Shown here: positions 1 through 9,962 of the stretch, in pieces
How the letters are laid out: every line of letters begins with the position of its first letter
Numbering within the stretch: position 1 is the first letter of the stretch
Virus record (IMG/VR): IMGVR_UViG_3300026302_000005
Span: 32,001-96,000 of that record
Origin: a virus
Lineage: Duplodnaviria; Heunggongvirae; Uroviricota; Caudoviricetes
DNA length: 64,000 nt
Strand: one strand, 5' to 3'
The notes under the pieces: generated by a model
Database searches by the model: none
The model's input: only the letters and a program-made list of their open reading frames with translations
What the model was told of the DNA's origin: nothing
Position numbers and translations under genes: made by a program

Positions 1-520
1 CGTCGAATTGCAATAGATGGTTGATCGGGGCCTGTTCTTCATAAAACATCACGTATCGAATACCATGCTGTATCAAGAACGCCTGAGTCTGTATGACCAG
101 ATGGATGAATTGATCCCACCAAAACCATATATCCCGATCCACCAGTGGCTCTAGGGTGGTCTGGTATTCCCCGATCAATCGCTGACTACTGATGTCGGCG
201 AACTCATCATTGGTAAAATGTCCATACCGTTTGATGTCAACCCATCCAATAACCACAAACAGGTTGTCAGGTGATTGGTTATTATCCAACCAGTCATCAT
301 GAACCCAGGTCATCAGAGATTTAGCGATCCGCGTGTTGTCGGTCATTACGTGAGCATCGTTTTTGACCCCGGACATCCCCAGCTTGCGACCTAAGACGGA
401 CGGCCATGCGTAGTGATTGCGCATGGTGTTCAAGACTTGGTTCGATGTCATGTGTGTGGTAATAGGGTGGGAAATCCCCACTCCATATGTCATCGGTCCA
501 CCACCCGCGTAAAGTATCAC
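1..520 (-). CDS. SGNH-hydrolase-like protein (degenerate), truncated by window edge
   Basis: Not in the ORF track; translated by hand from GTG at 520: MILYAGGGPMTYG...AWPSVLGRKLG...VKNDA...DNTRIA...LFVVIGW. This layout matches SGNH-like phage proteins, but the catalytic GDS is replaced by GGP. Confidence 0.55.
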   Translation of the reverse strand, partial: MILYAGGGPMTYGVGISHPITTHMTSNQVLNTMRNHYAWPSVLGRKLGMSGVKNDAHVMTDNTRIAKSLMTWVHDDWLDNNQSPDNLFVVIGWVDIKRYGHFTNDEFADISSQRLIGEYQTTLEPLVDRDIWFWWDQFIHLVIQTQAFLIQHGIRYVMFYEEQAPINHLLQFD

Positions 521-524
521 CCGG

Positions 525-1481
525 TTATTCCTTGAATAGAACCTGTTCAGTTGAGGGAGCAACATACTGGGACAGCATCTTGTGCAACCGGGATTGTTCA
601 GGATCGAACAACGGCACAAACACTCCTGTCTTACGATGGATATCGTCTCCCAGTTTACCGATCTGCTCAATTACCCACTCAGGGTTCCACGACAAACCAG
701 AGTGTTTGCAAACCCTGGAGTTACGACCGAGTGGCATATCATCAATCAGCGTGGTCCAGAAAGACTTGAACCATTCATAGTCGGAGATGTTGTTCATATC
801 CCAGGTTTTGGTGGTCATCAGATGCAGCCCCATCCGGGCCCCATAGATGGCCCACAGTCCGTTCTCATGATCCGAACCAATGCTGCACCAGGATAGCAGG
901 CGATTTGCATTACCAACCCAGATACGCTTGAAAATCTGGTCGGGGTCCAAAACTCCCCCACCATCCAGGGCCATCTTCACACCCTCACGCATCCCTGCAC
1001 GAAACCCATGATAGGGAGTCGGAGCCGGATGGGTGGTAGAATAGCTGTCCTTCATGCTGAGATACGGAATGGACCAACAGAATTCAATACGACCTCGATC
1101 ATCCGGAGCATTCTCGTGAGTCCGCATGGTCAGAGCGGTCTCCCGGGGCCAACATTTGATCGATCCGTTCCCATACACCAGACCATTCACAGAGTTGGTT
1201 CCAGCCCAGGAGAATACATGGTTGCCATACTTCTGATCGTCATAGCGAAGTGTCATGTTGAAGAACTCGGGATTAACCGTGGTATCTCCATCAATCGTGA
1301 TGAACCGGTCGGTTTCAGCCAATGTCGCGGCCTGTTTATGAGCCGCATCAAACCCGGTCACCCCATCAACGCGCTTCACAAACGGGTTTTGTGCCACCAA
1401 TTGGAGCCAGTGGGCTTCCTTCATGGGCTCGTCATAGCTGATGAAGATGATATCGAGATCATCGATTGGGCATTCGATCAT
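525..1481 (-). CDS. Glycosyltransferase-like (GT-A fold) protein
   Basis: IFISYDEP...KRVDGVTGFDAAHKQAA...FITIDGD (DxD motif)...YGNGSIK. Start moved to ATG 1481, which gives an ATGA overlap with the upstream stop. Confidence 0.65.
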   Translation of the reverse strand: MIECPIDDLDIIFISYDEPMKEAHWLQLVAQNPFVKRVDGVTGFDAAHKQAATLAETDRFITIDGDTTVNPEFFNMTLRYDDQKYGNHVFSWAGTNSVNGLVYGNGSIKCWPRETALTMRTHENAPDDRGRIEFCWSIPYLSMKDSYSTTHPAPTPYHGFRAGMREGVKMALDGGGVLDPDQIFKRIWVGNANRLLSWCSIGSDHENGLWAIYGARMGLHLMTTKTWDMNNISDYEWFKSFWTTLIDDMPLGRNSRVCKHSGLSWNPEWVIEQIGKLGDDIHRKTGVFVPLFDPEQSRLHKMLSQYVAPSTEQVLFKE

Positions 1482-2071
1482 GAAGAACTCCACCACAAGG
1501 GGGTTACCGGTCCCGGAGTGATCGCCCACACCGAATAATCTTTCCCAGGAACCCCTACTGGCAAATCCACCAGGACACCATTACCCTCAGTCGTCGATCC
1601 CAGTGTAAATCGATGGCTTTTCATCAGCAGATTTGGCTGTCCAACTTTGGTGATGAACAGCGACACAATACTGTGATCCGGATACGACTGGACCGGTAGT
1701 TGGTGGGCAACAACACTGGCGCTACCCTTACCGTCCACCATCATGATCATCCCCGGCTGTTCGTTATGGGGCTCTACCGGACGAAAGACTTCTTCGTATA
1801 GACCCAGGGTGATTTCGGAGTGTCGCTTCACGATGGTTGGAACACCGGTCGAACTGAACACCAGCATATACTGGGACAGACTGATACTGCGACCCACAAA
1901 CGGTATCAGGTAAGTCGGGTCCATAACGACCGATAGCAGTCCTTTGGTTTCGTGCTCCGGCAATTCACCGAACGTGATGATCTTGATGTTTCCGACCCCA
2001 CCTTCGGTGAGTTCATAATAGACACGACCCGTGACCGTGTGATAGATTTTATGCCCGTCCATCATAGCCAT
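1478..2071 (-). CDS. Hypothetical protein in the glycosyltransferase cluster
   Basis: 197-aa ORF overlapping both neighbours. Confidence 0.7.
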   Translation of the reverse strand: MAMMDGHKIYHTVTGRVYYELTEGGVGNIKIITFGELPEHETKGLLSVVMDPTYLIPFVGRSISLSQYMLVFSSTGVPTIVKRHSEITLGLYEEVFRPVEPHNEQPGMIMMVDGKGSASVVAHQLPVQSYPDHSIVSLFITKVGQPNLLMKSHRFTLGSTTEGNGVLVDLPVGVPGKDYSVWAITPGPVTPLWWSSS

Positions 2072-2915
2072 CCTTCAACGTCTGTAGCACGGTTGGAGAC
2101 AAGAACCGCCGATCATGATAGTGGACCGGTCTGGACTGCAAATACCCACCCAACACCAATGAACCGTCAGCCACCACATGCCCGTTCAACACGTTGGTCC
2201 ACATCTCCGTGATACGTGCGGCACTCTCCACCCGTTGAAGCCGAGACTTCAAGTGGACGAATGAAAACCAATCCAAGCTGTCACCAACTGCCGTATAGCT
2301 GTATCCTGCATCTTTGACTGCACAGGCAAAAGCCAGGTCATCCATAGGAGTAGCACCCACCTGACCACGCAGGAACGCCGCTCGATACCCCGGCCATGCC
2401 TGAATAATCTCCCCGGTGAGATCAAATACCTCCTTGACTGCATCGGTCTTTTTGAAATACATCAAGGTGGTGTAGACGTTCGGAAGATGACTATCTCTGA
2501 ATCCAGTTCGATACGGATTGGTCGCTTCGTCAATAGGCATCCCCTTGTAGGTGAATGCCTTACTGGAAAACATCAAATCCGACGTTGCCAGGTAGTCCCA
2601 CCAATACGATACATCGGTAGGAAACAGCATATCGGCATCGGTCAGGATGGTCTCGTCATATGGCGAATGCTCGAATGCCTGCCATTTCAGGTGAGCATTC
2701 CAGTTGTCAGTGGATGCCAAGATCGGATCAAACGGAATGATATGATCGAATACCCCCTCATACCGGGCCGGGACATCATAGCCACGTGGCACCATGACGG
2801 ATAGACCACTGGGACCGGTCTGGGTCAGCTTCAAGCTGTAGGCCAATGCTTCGGCACACTCCAGGTAGTTCCCCGTGATCGAGTTGTAGGCGATTGTCAG
2901 GAAGCCCTTAGACAT
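2049..2915 (-). CDS. Glycosyltransferase (GT8-like nucleotide-diphospho-sugar transferase)
   Basis: SPYDETILTDADMLF (DxD motif), DDLAFA, C-terminal VHYH. Confidence 0.7.
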   Translation of the reverse strand: MSKGFLTIAYNSITGNYLECAEALAYSLKLTQTGPSGLSVMVPRGYDVPARYEGVFDHIIPFDPILASTDNWNAHLKWQAFEHSPYDETILTDADMLFPTDVSYWWDYLATSDLMFSSKAFTYKGMPIDEATNPYRTGFRDSHLPNVYTTLMYFKKTDAVKEVFDLTGEIIQAWPGYRAAFLRGQVGATPMDDLAFACAVKDAGYSYTAVGDSLDWFSFVHLKSRLQRVESAARITEMWTNVLNGHVVADGSLVLGGYLQSRPVHYHDRRFLSPTVLQTLKDGYDGRA

Positions 2916-3807
2916 TGGTCTGCTCCATCTGGTTCTTCACCCACGGGCCCGCAACCTCAAGCAGCGATCTCTTGTTGATGACGTGAACGGTTTGCCCCTG
3001 TAGGTATGCCGGGGAGTGGGTCTTGATGTCATCCCGGGCAGACGCCACAAACCAGGCCCGTGTGGCATCGATCTTCAACATGGGCTGGTGATCCCAGGCA
3101 AACAGTATGGTTGGGTCAGGAAGCGCCTGCACGGGCCACTGTAGCCCATACTCTCCTACTCCACCATTCATGGCATGAGCCAGGATCGAAACTGCATAAT
3201 CATTCCGGAACATGTATCCGCTGAACCGATACAGTTTGCTGTAATAGTCGAAGTCTTCCCGAATCTTCTCGATACCTTCGAAGAACAGTTTAGCCTCTGG
3301 TGACTTCCGGAAATAGATCACCGTGGCCCAATACAACGGAATGCCCATCGGGTGTATGTGCGTGACCGCAGGGGGGTTGCTGGCGGTCAGCCCTGCAATG
3401 GATGCATTCAACCGCAGCGGCGATTCCGAACCCCATACGGAGTTCAGCTTGTCGTTCATCACGATGAAATCCAGATCGAGGACCAGTGTTTCATCGAACG
3501 GAGTCAGATCATATGTCGTATGTCGGTTGGTGTTCAGGAAAGGACCGCGAACCGATGTTTCCGGAGTTCCATTAGAACCCGTATACAGACGATCCCCACG
3601 GTGGACTGGGGTGTCGATCAGAACGCGATGATCAATCAACGTATTGATGCCCGGGATCGCGTCGATCAACGTCATGGTGTCCGGATCGGCAGCAACACAG
3701 ATAGGAACGCCAAGATGGCGCTTCACGAACCATGCACAGACTGGCACCAGTTCGTGATAGGGAAACGTCCCATTGTTGTTGCAGAACAGAAATACACCCT
3801 TACTCAC
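2908..3807 (-). CDS. Glycosyltransferase (GT8-like), paralog of the downstream gene
   Basis: SKGVFLF...TPFDETLVLDLDF...FRNDYAVSI...VHVINK. GTG start at 3807 with a GGAGA SD and GTGA overlap. Confidence 0.7.
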   Translation of the reverse strand: MSKGVFLFCNNNGTFPYHELVPVCAWFVKRHLGVPICVAADPDTMTLIDAIPGINTLIDHRVLIDTPVHRGDRLYTGSNGTPETSVRGPFLNTNRHTTYDLTPFDETLVLDLDFIVMNDKLNSVWGSESPLRLNASIAGLTASNPPAVTHIHPMGIPLYWATVIYFRKSPEAKLFFEGIEKIREDFDYYSKLYRFSGYMFRNDYAVSILAHAMNGGVGEYGLQWPVQALPDPTILFAWDHQPMLKIDATRAWFVASARDDIKTHSPAYLQGQTVHVINKRSLLEVAGPWVKNQMEQTNV

Positions 3808-4172
3808 GCAGCATCTCCAGCCAATACCGATGGCTTCCTGGACGAGCGCAGTCGCTGGACCTCTTCCCAATACTCATTCAGAGCCTGGTGATATTGGGAG
3901 GAGATCGTGTCCAGAAAGTCCTTGATGTCCTCAACCAGGATGGGCATGTTGCTTTCATCTTCGATGACTGCCCGGTCACCACCGGACGTAGCCTTGTGGT
4001 GCAGATACCCGATAATGGTTGGTGTGATCTTGAACTGGCCCCCAGAAAACGAAATCTGGCATGCAGCCTGAAACTTCATCTTGGCCAAATGCAACTGATT
4101 CTGATATGTGGCCCGGGCGTTGGAAATCTCCAACATCTCGGTAAGGGTTTTTGGAAGCTCGACTGTGCTCAT
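3804..4172 (-). CDS. Hypothetical phage protein
   Basis: 122-aa ORF with AGGAG SD, at the head of the GT cluster. Confidence 0.75.
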   Translation of the reverse strand: MSTVELPKTLTEMLEISNARATYQNQLHLAKMKFQAACQISFSGGQFKITPTIIGYLHHKATSGGDRAVIEDESNMPILVEDIKDFLDTISSQYHQALNEYWEEVQRLRSSRKPSVLAGDAA

Positions 4173-4234
4173 CCGACTGATCTCCTGGCAGGTATGTCAA
4201 GAGATATAGGGTGTCACGACCCCACAAGCAAGGG

Positions 4235-5173
4235 TCAAACGTAGGTGAGGGCACCAGTAACCGTATCCGTCGGGGTAACGATGTTCGGGCTGCTCAACTG
4301 ACCACCCGAAGTTGCCTTATACAGATCGAATGTTGCAGTGAAGGTTCCATTCACGGTATCCGACGGCCCCGTGTGGGCATCGGTCAGTATGAATCGAATT
4401 TCAACGGTGTCACCATTTCCACCGTTGGCTCCAACAAAGTTTAGACGTCGAGCCCGAACAGTTACGGTATTTGTGGTGTAGTTTGCAGCCGTCATAGTAG
4501 CCGTCAGGATGTCCTGGAATGCGCCAGTAAGATTGTAATATCCGATTGTAAGGGCCGTTCCCACCGTCCCGGATCGATCCGTATCGTTGTGGTTCATCGA
4601 GATCGTGCCGATATTGTTGAGCAGGTTGGTCCACGCAGTATTTTGCGGAGAGACGGTTCCTCCAGCACGAGTCATGGTCAAACGGATTTCTCCACCCGAG
4701 TTGAAAAACCAGCGAGCATTGTTTTCGTTTGTGAAGTCAAACGCGACAGTCGCGGTAACACTGGTATTCCAAGCCGTGGCTCCGGTAACTACGCGAACTC
4801 CGGCTAGGACCGTCATATCGCCCACCGCAGAGTTGAGTCGATTGGTATTGATGTTGGTAAGCATCAACGGGATGTTATCGACATCAGTGATTCCATCATG
4901 GGCAATCACGGTATCCCCAACTTGAAGAGACGCGACCGGTGGAATCAGTGCAGTCCCCGTGCCCTGGTGCAACGCACACACTTCGATCATGTTTCGCAGG
5001 TTCGTCCATTCCAGAGATTCCACGACATCGACCGCAGCAACCACGGTGGGAAGTGTGATACCGGTCTGACCATAGCCGTTGTTACCAGTCCCGACCCCAT
5101 ATACACTCAGTGCATTGGTTCGGAATGTGTTGTAGTCAACTGCCTGAATCACCAAGCCTTGGGTATACGTCAT
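4235..5173 (-). CDS. Virion structural protein (tail/fibre-associated)
   Basis: T/G/N-rich, with ARWFFNSGGEIR motif; paralog of the adjacent gene. Confidence 0.7.
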   Translation of the reverse strand: MTYTQGLVIQAVDYNTFRTNALSVYGVGTGNNGYGQTGITLPTVVAAVDVVESLEWTNLRNMIEVCALHQGTGTALIPPVASLQVGDTVIAHDGITDVDNIPLMLTNINTNRLNSAVGDMTVLAGVRVVTGATAWNTSVTATVAFDFTNENNARWFFNSGGEIRLTMTRAGGTVSPQNTAWTNLLNNIGTISMNHNDTDRSGTVGTALTIGYYNLTGAFQDILTATMTAANYTTNTVTVRARRLNFVGANGGNGDTVEIRFILTDAHTGPSDTVNGTFTATFDLYKATSGGQLSSPNIVTPTDTVTGALTYV

Positions 5174-5186
5174 GGATGATAACCTC

Positions 5187-6128
5187 TTATGTCGCCGTCA
5201 GAGCCGTCACCGTGGACACGGTGAAGCTTGGAATTGTAAGATGGGTAGTGGCACGAAGTTCGTCAACCTCCACGGTCAGGTTTCCGTCCACCACATCCGA
5301 TGGTCCAGATGCAATGTCATTGAGTTGGATTTGCAAGCGTATCGTGTGCCCACGATCCCCGGTGACACCACTGAAACCCAGAGTTCTGGCATTGACCCGG
5401 AAGGTATTGGTGCCGTAGTAATAGCCGAGGGTCCCGGTTGGTGATGCCGTGAAAATCTGTTGCAGGGGGTTGGTCGTTGGGAGGTTGTAATACCCGAATG
5501 CTGATCCAGTTCCCTGGGCTCCAGTTTTATCCGTGGTGACATGATCCATGATCACCGAACCAATACCATTCAGCAGGTTCGTCCAGCTTGTATTCTGAGG
5601 GGATACCGATCCACCAGTCCGCTCTGCACGAACCCGAATTTCCCCACCAGAGTTGAAGAAGTATCGGGCTGCATCCACTGTCGGCCACACCAGATCGAGA
5701 GTCGTGGTGGCTTGTGTTGTCCACGGATTGGACACCGTTTGCGAACTACGAGCGGTGAACAGGGTCGTGCTGGTCGGAGCAGCCGTCAGTCGAGAGGCGG
5801 TGATATTGGTGAGCATCAGCGGAAAATCATCCGCATTGGTTACCCCGTCGTATGCGACAATCAAATCACCCGGTTGAAGCTGGGTCACCGGAGGGAGAAG
5901 AGTTCCCGCAATACCTTGATGAAGACGACACACCTCGATTGCATTTCGAAAATTCGTCCATTCCACAGACTTAACAATTTCAATCAATCCGCCAGCCACC
6001 GCAGGAACGTTGATAGCAGTTTGACCATATCCAGAGTTGCCAAAACCAACCCCATAGACTTGAAGCAGTTGGGTTCGGAAGGTATTGAAGTCTAATGCCT
6101 CGATGAGGCCACCCTGGATATACGACAT
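5187..6128 (-). CDS. Virion structural protein, paralog of 4235-5173
   Basis: Shares NxGYGQT, EWTNxRN, FFNSGGEIR and SPQNTxWTNLL motifs with its neighbour. Confidence 0.7.
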   Translation of the reverse strand: MSYIQGGLIEALDFNTFRTQLLQVYGVGFGNSGYGQTAINVPAVAGGLIEIVKSVEWTNFRNAIEVCRLHQGIAGTLLPPVTQLQPGDLIVAYDGVTNADDFPLMLTNITASRLTAAPTSTTLFTARSSQTVSNPWTTQATTTLDLVWPTVDAARYFFNSGGEIRVRAERTGGSVSPQNTSWTNLLNGIGSVIMDHVTTDKTGAQGTGSAFGYYNLPTTNPLQQIFTASPTGTLGYYYGTNTFRVNARTLGFSGVTGDRGHTIRLQIQLNDIASGPSDVVDGNLTVEVDELRATTHLTIPSFTVSTVTALTAT

Positions 6129-6736
6129 TACTTCACCGTTGTAATTGCAACTTCAACAAGTCGCTCGTCTGTGCCATTATCATCGACCAGAGATCGGGCG
6201 AAGAACATGGGGTTGAAATCATCAAGAACCGTCGATGCTCGACCAACGCCATCTCGATCTGCGATCAGTCGCTGACCCTTGCGAACGGGTCCAATAACGC
6301 GGCAGGGAACTCGTCCAATCAGGGCTACGGGCAGATAGTGTCCTTTGGTCGGATCAGCAGGAACGTTCAGAACATAGGCTGGCTCCGTCGAGATAACCCC
6401 GAATACATCCCAGTCCCCATCAACGGTCGTTGCCGTGATCTCTTTGTCTCCACCTATCTTCACGACGGTCCCGGGAGCATAGTCCTTGTCGGCTTCGTAG
6501 TATTCAGCGATGTCTGCGTAGTAGGAGTTCAAACCGATCACGGTGGCACCAGTGAAGGTTGCCACGCCGGTGACCGTGAAGTCGGTCGTATTGAGGTTGG
6601 TAAACCGACCGGTGTCGGGGGTAATCGATCCGATAGGGGTGCTATCAATCCGCGAGACACCGGTTCCGTCCAGAATAAAATTCTGGACCGGTCGGATTGA
6701 CATATCGAGGACGTCTCTGGTGGCCTTAGTTGTCAT
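6128..6736 (-). CDS. Tail-fibre-associated protein with C-terminal intramolecular-chaperone/peptidase G2-like domain
   Basis: YADIAEYYEAD..YAPGTVV..GG...GVISTEPAYVLN...PVALIGRVPCRV.GPVRKG motif typical of fibre C-termini. Confidence 0.6.
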   Translation of the reverse strand: MTTKATRDVLDMSIRPVQNFILDGTGVSRIDSTPIGSITPDTGRFTNLNTTDFTVTGVATFTGATVIGLNSYYADIAEYYEADKDYAPGTVVKIGGDKEITATTVDGDWDVFGVISTEPAYVLNVPADPTKGHYLPVALIGRVPCRVIGPVRKGQRLIADRDGVGRASTVLDDFNPMFFARSLVDDNGTDERLVEVAITTVK

Positions 6737-6750
6737 GTTCTGTGTCTCCC

Positions 6751-8307
6751 TTACGGACGCGATGCCGTGACATACCAGTCGTTTCCGTCAAAGACGAAGG
6801 TGGCTGACCCGTATGCCGTGTTGATTATATATGGTGCAGCCGAACCGTTAATACTAGCGGCACCGGCAACTACACTGATCTGATTCGTATTTGCGCCACC
6901 AGATTCATCCATCACCACAACGCGGCGTCCGGAGTTGACCGGAAGCTGTGCGATTGTGGCCAGGTTGATGGTTACCGGGGTAGTGGTGTTTCGGACTCCA
7001 ATGTAACTGGTTGTCCCAGTGACGTTGTAGGTTCCGGCGTTGATACCAACACGATCTTCATAGCCCTGACCGACGTTCGCCGCGATCTGGACTTCGCTAC
7101 CGAGATCGGTGATGATGACGTTCGCACCTTGCACAAGCGATTTCGTCTGCAAGGTTGTGCCGATTTTGGTTGTGGCCAATGAAACACCGACACCAGCACT
7201 GGCCAGGGTGTTGACTTCACCGACGTTACCCGACACCACAACATTGCGAAGACTGCGAATGTCGATCTCATCACCAGCAGTTCGACCAACCAAAAACTGA
7301 ACCCGGTCATTCACGTATGGAGGGCTGAACGAGGCAATCAAGTTGGGTGTGCCGCTGGCGGGGTCAGTTGGCAGAACCGTGAAGTCGAAGGATGTGGTCG
7401 TGGGGGCTGCGGTGACGATGACCGTGTGGTTGTTGTATTCAGGCTCCAGGAAGTTCACCAATGTAACCGGGGCACCAATCGGAATACCATGAGCCGCCGC
7501 AGTCACAGCACGAGCCGTGGTGGGACCAATTTTGGTCAGCGTGTTGATCTGGGTGTTTTGCTGCAACAGGTTGTAGTCGATGTTTTGGACCTGAACCAAT
7601 CCATTGGCAAACACGAAAATACCAGCCGGGTTCGATCCTGGCTGACCGGTCGAAAAGATCGTCTGGGCGGCGGTGGCGATATAGGATGCTCGGGTGACCG
7701 TGGCAGTCTGGACAATTGCATCACTGACCAATGCCCGGATGTGAATGACTACCCCGGTTGGCGGTGCAGATGTAAAGCTCACCAGAGTGCCAACTACGTT
7801 ATAGTCGCTACCCGCGATCTGTCGAACCCCATCCAGAAACACTTCGGCATATTCAGATTGAATGGCAACGGCTGCACCAGTTGCGAAGTTTGTCAATACG
7901 CCGTTTCCAACGTAATTGTTTTCGATGATCTGGGCCGCGTAACGACCACCGGCTGGTTGCCATGCACCACCGTCGAACACGAACAGAACTTCTGTATCCA
8001 GGTCCCAGAACAGCGATCCGCTTTGTGGTAGCGGGATCACCGGTGGGTTACCAGCAACGTTGCCCACAGAGGCGGGAATACCGTCAAGGGGCTTCCAGGC
8101 CGGGGTCGGGAAGGTGACGTAAACATACAGGGTGGAGTTGGCCAGTGAGAACACCAACCGACCTTCGTAGTTGTCGGTGCTTGCTACCGTGGGAAGCGTC
8201 GGCAATACCTCAGAGGCCGCAGCCAGCGGCTTGCGCGTAGCTGGGTCCAGAAGAACCCCGTAGTTGCCATTAGCAAGCAGGCCATATGCGACGAATGATC
8301 TAGCCAT
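6751..8307 (-). CDS. Tail fibre/virion structural protein
   Basis: 518 aa, T/V/G-rich; GSLFWD fibre motif; repeats of the VFxDGVxQ...DY beta module. Confidence 0.7.
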   Translation of the reverse strand: MARSFVAYGLLANGNYGVLLDPATRKPLAAASEVLPTLPTVASTDNYEGRLVFSLANSTLYVYVTFPTPAWKPLDGIPASVGNVAGNPPVIPLPQSGSLFWDLDTEVLFVFDGGAWQPAGGRYAAQIIENNYVGNGVLTNFATGAAVAIQSEYAEVFLDGVRQIAGSDYNVVGTLVSFTSAPPTGVVIHIRALVSDAIVQTATVTRASYIATAAQTIFSTGQPGSNPAGIFVFANGLVQVQNIDYNLLQQNTQINTLTKIGPTTARAVTAAAHGIPIGAPVTLVNFLEPEYNNHTVIVTAAPTTTSFDFTVLPTDPASGTPNLIASFSPPYVNDRVQFLVGRTAGDEIDIRSLRNVVVSGNVGEVNTLASAGVGVSLATTKIGTTLQTKSLVQGANVIITDLGSEVQIAANVGQGYEDRVGINAGTYNVTGTTSYIGVRNTTTPVTINLATIAQLPVNSGRRVVVMDESGGANTNQISVVAGAASINGSAAPYIINTAYGSATFVFDGNDWYVTASRP

Positions 8308-8319
8308 CAGTGAACTTCC

Positions 8320-8967
8320 TTACGTCTTGAAGCCGAATAGGTAGGCGTCCGCACGAAGCGATCCACCAGTTGCAGGGGCCACCACCTGTAGACGAACAGT
8401 CGAGCCACCGGTTGCAACCCGGGTGGTTCCCTGGACAACGAAGTAGGCATGGACGTTTGCAGATGGTAGGCTAACGTTGACATTTTCCAGCACATCTTCG
8501 GGAGACACGATCTGGAGGTTGAGAATTGCAGGACCCGTTGCGGTCGGGGTTCCCCGAACCTTGAGCAGTAGCGCCGTGGTGTGAAACTGATCGCCGTTGT
8601 TGGGATCGGTGAACAGATCGGTGGTTCCGGTCAGAGCCAGGTTGATGTCGGTAGCCGTGCTCAACATGGGGAAGCCCGAATTGGAGTTCGTGGTCGGGCT
8701 TCCAAAAGGAACGAACTGTGTCCCATCATAGTAGTTCATCTGGTCGGCGGCGTTGTTATACCACAGCATACCCTGAACTGGGTTCGACGGGGGGATATTT
8801 CGGGTGAAATTCTCCAGGAGGCGATACTGGGTCGAGGCGATGATAGGACCATAAAGGCTAATCCCCTGACCGATCAGTTCAATCGGAAAGCTGGCCCCCG
8901 TGGTGGTCGCAACGCCAATCGTTGCAACTGTCGCACCAGCAGTATTTGTGATCGTATAGGCGGGCAT
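8320..8967 (-). CDS. Virion structural protein
   Basis: LIGQG..YG....RLLENF...PPSNPVQGMLWYN motif of jumbo-phage tail proteins; TAAATA motif upstream. Confidence 0.7.
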   Translation of the reverse strand: MPAYTITNTAGATVATIGVATTTGASFPIELIGQGISLYGPIIASTQYRLLENFTRNIPPSNPVQGMLWYNNAADQMNYYDGTQFVPFGSPTTNSNSGFPMLSTATDINLALTGTTDLFTDPNNGDQFHTTALLLKVRGTPTATGPAILNLQIVSPEDVLENVNVSLPSANVHAYFVVQGTTRVATGGSTVRLQVVAPATGGSLRADAYLFGFKT

Positions 8968-9042
8968 GCAGATATTCCTCTAACTTGGTGTATTTAGGCT
9001 CGATCTTCATCGAGAAGCTTTGTGCTTGCTGACCCTAAGAAA

Positions 9043-9639
9043 TCACGGGTTGATGGTTATTCTGAGGGTGTAGACAACTTCAACAACCCGATTCGCCGAT
9101 TTCTCAATCGGTGAGAACACCACGTGGGTAATCAGAAGACCATCTTCGGTCTTCAATCCGATCTCATCAAACACGAAACTCGACGAGTTGATGTCGGTGC
9201 CACTGATGTTGTCAAAGGCTGGTTGGCCGAATGGCTCGTTCTTGTCGATAACACAGCGGATTTCGACATCCGAGAAAAGCGTCCCATTGATGTGTCTGAC
9301 CGCCATTTGGTTTCCCGACGGGGCTCCATCATTGTCATCAACGACCTCGAAATACACTGGCACGTTCAGGTCCGCTGCACCCGTCGTGGTGTTAGGAACA
9401 GCATAGGTGATCGTTCCAAGGGGATCAATCGTTGCACCACCAGTCCCGAAATGCATCGAGTAGATCGATCCGTTCTCACGGTTCGCAATAGCTCGGGCAA
9501 TCAAAATCGATGCATGCTCACGATGGATAGCGTTCCGCTTGTTCAAAAGGATGATCGGTTCATCAACCCCATCATCGTAACCACGAATCAGAAGATGACC
9601 TTCCATCCCGATTGAAATTTGATCTGACAATCTGCTCAT
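9043..9639 (-). CDS. Baseplate/tail structural protein
   Basis: KRNAIH...MHFGTGG...FVFDEIGL...LITHVVFSPIEKSANR...YTLRI; located in the baseplate module. Confidence 0.7.
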   Translation of the reverse strand: MSRLSDQISIGMEGHLLIRGYDDGVDEPIILLNKRNAIHREHASILIARAIANRENGSIYSMHFGTGGATIDPLGTITYAVPNTTTGAADLNVPVYFEVVDDNDGAPSGNQMAVRHINGTLFSDVEIRCVIDKNEPFGQPAFDNISGTDINSSSFVFDEIGLKTEDGLLITHVVFSPIEKSANRVVEVVYTLRITINP

Positions 9640-9659
9640 TTTTTCTTCTCCTGGGGTAT

Positions 9660-9962
9660 TTAGACGTTCATCGCATGGGCATGGATGATATATCTGACTT
9701 CGAATTGGTTGTGTTGTGGGATCGGAACCACCATAGAAGGATCGACGATGATGTGATGTTCTCCCACCTCGTCGGTATACTGAAACACCTGAGTTTCCCT
9801 GAACATCTGGCGATCCAGTAGATTCTTCATCGCCAGTTGTTCACCAGACTGATAGGTGAACACCAAAATCATTCTTCTTCCGACCAAATCCAAAACCCGC
9901 ACGGTGCAGGCATCAGCAAGCATATCGGATTCTTCCGGATATTCAGTTTGGAAACGCATCAT
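9660..9962 (-). CDS. Hypothetical protein
   Basis: ~100-aa ORF with ATGA overlap to the stop of the giant gene. Confidence 0.6.
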   Translation of the reverse strand: MMRFQTEYPEESDMLADACTVRVLDLVGRRMILVFTYQSGEQLAMKNLLDRQMFRETQVFQYTDEVGEHHIIVDPSMVVPIPQHNQFEVRYIIHAHAMNV

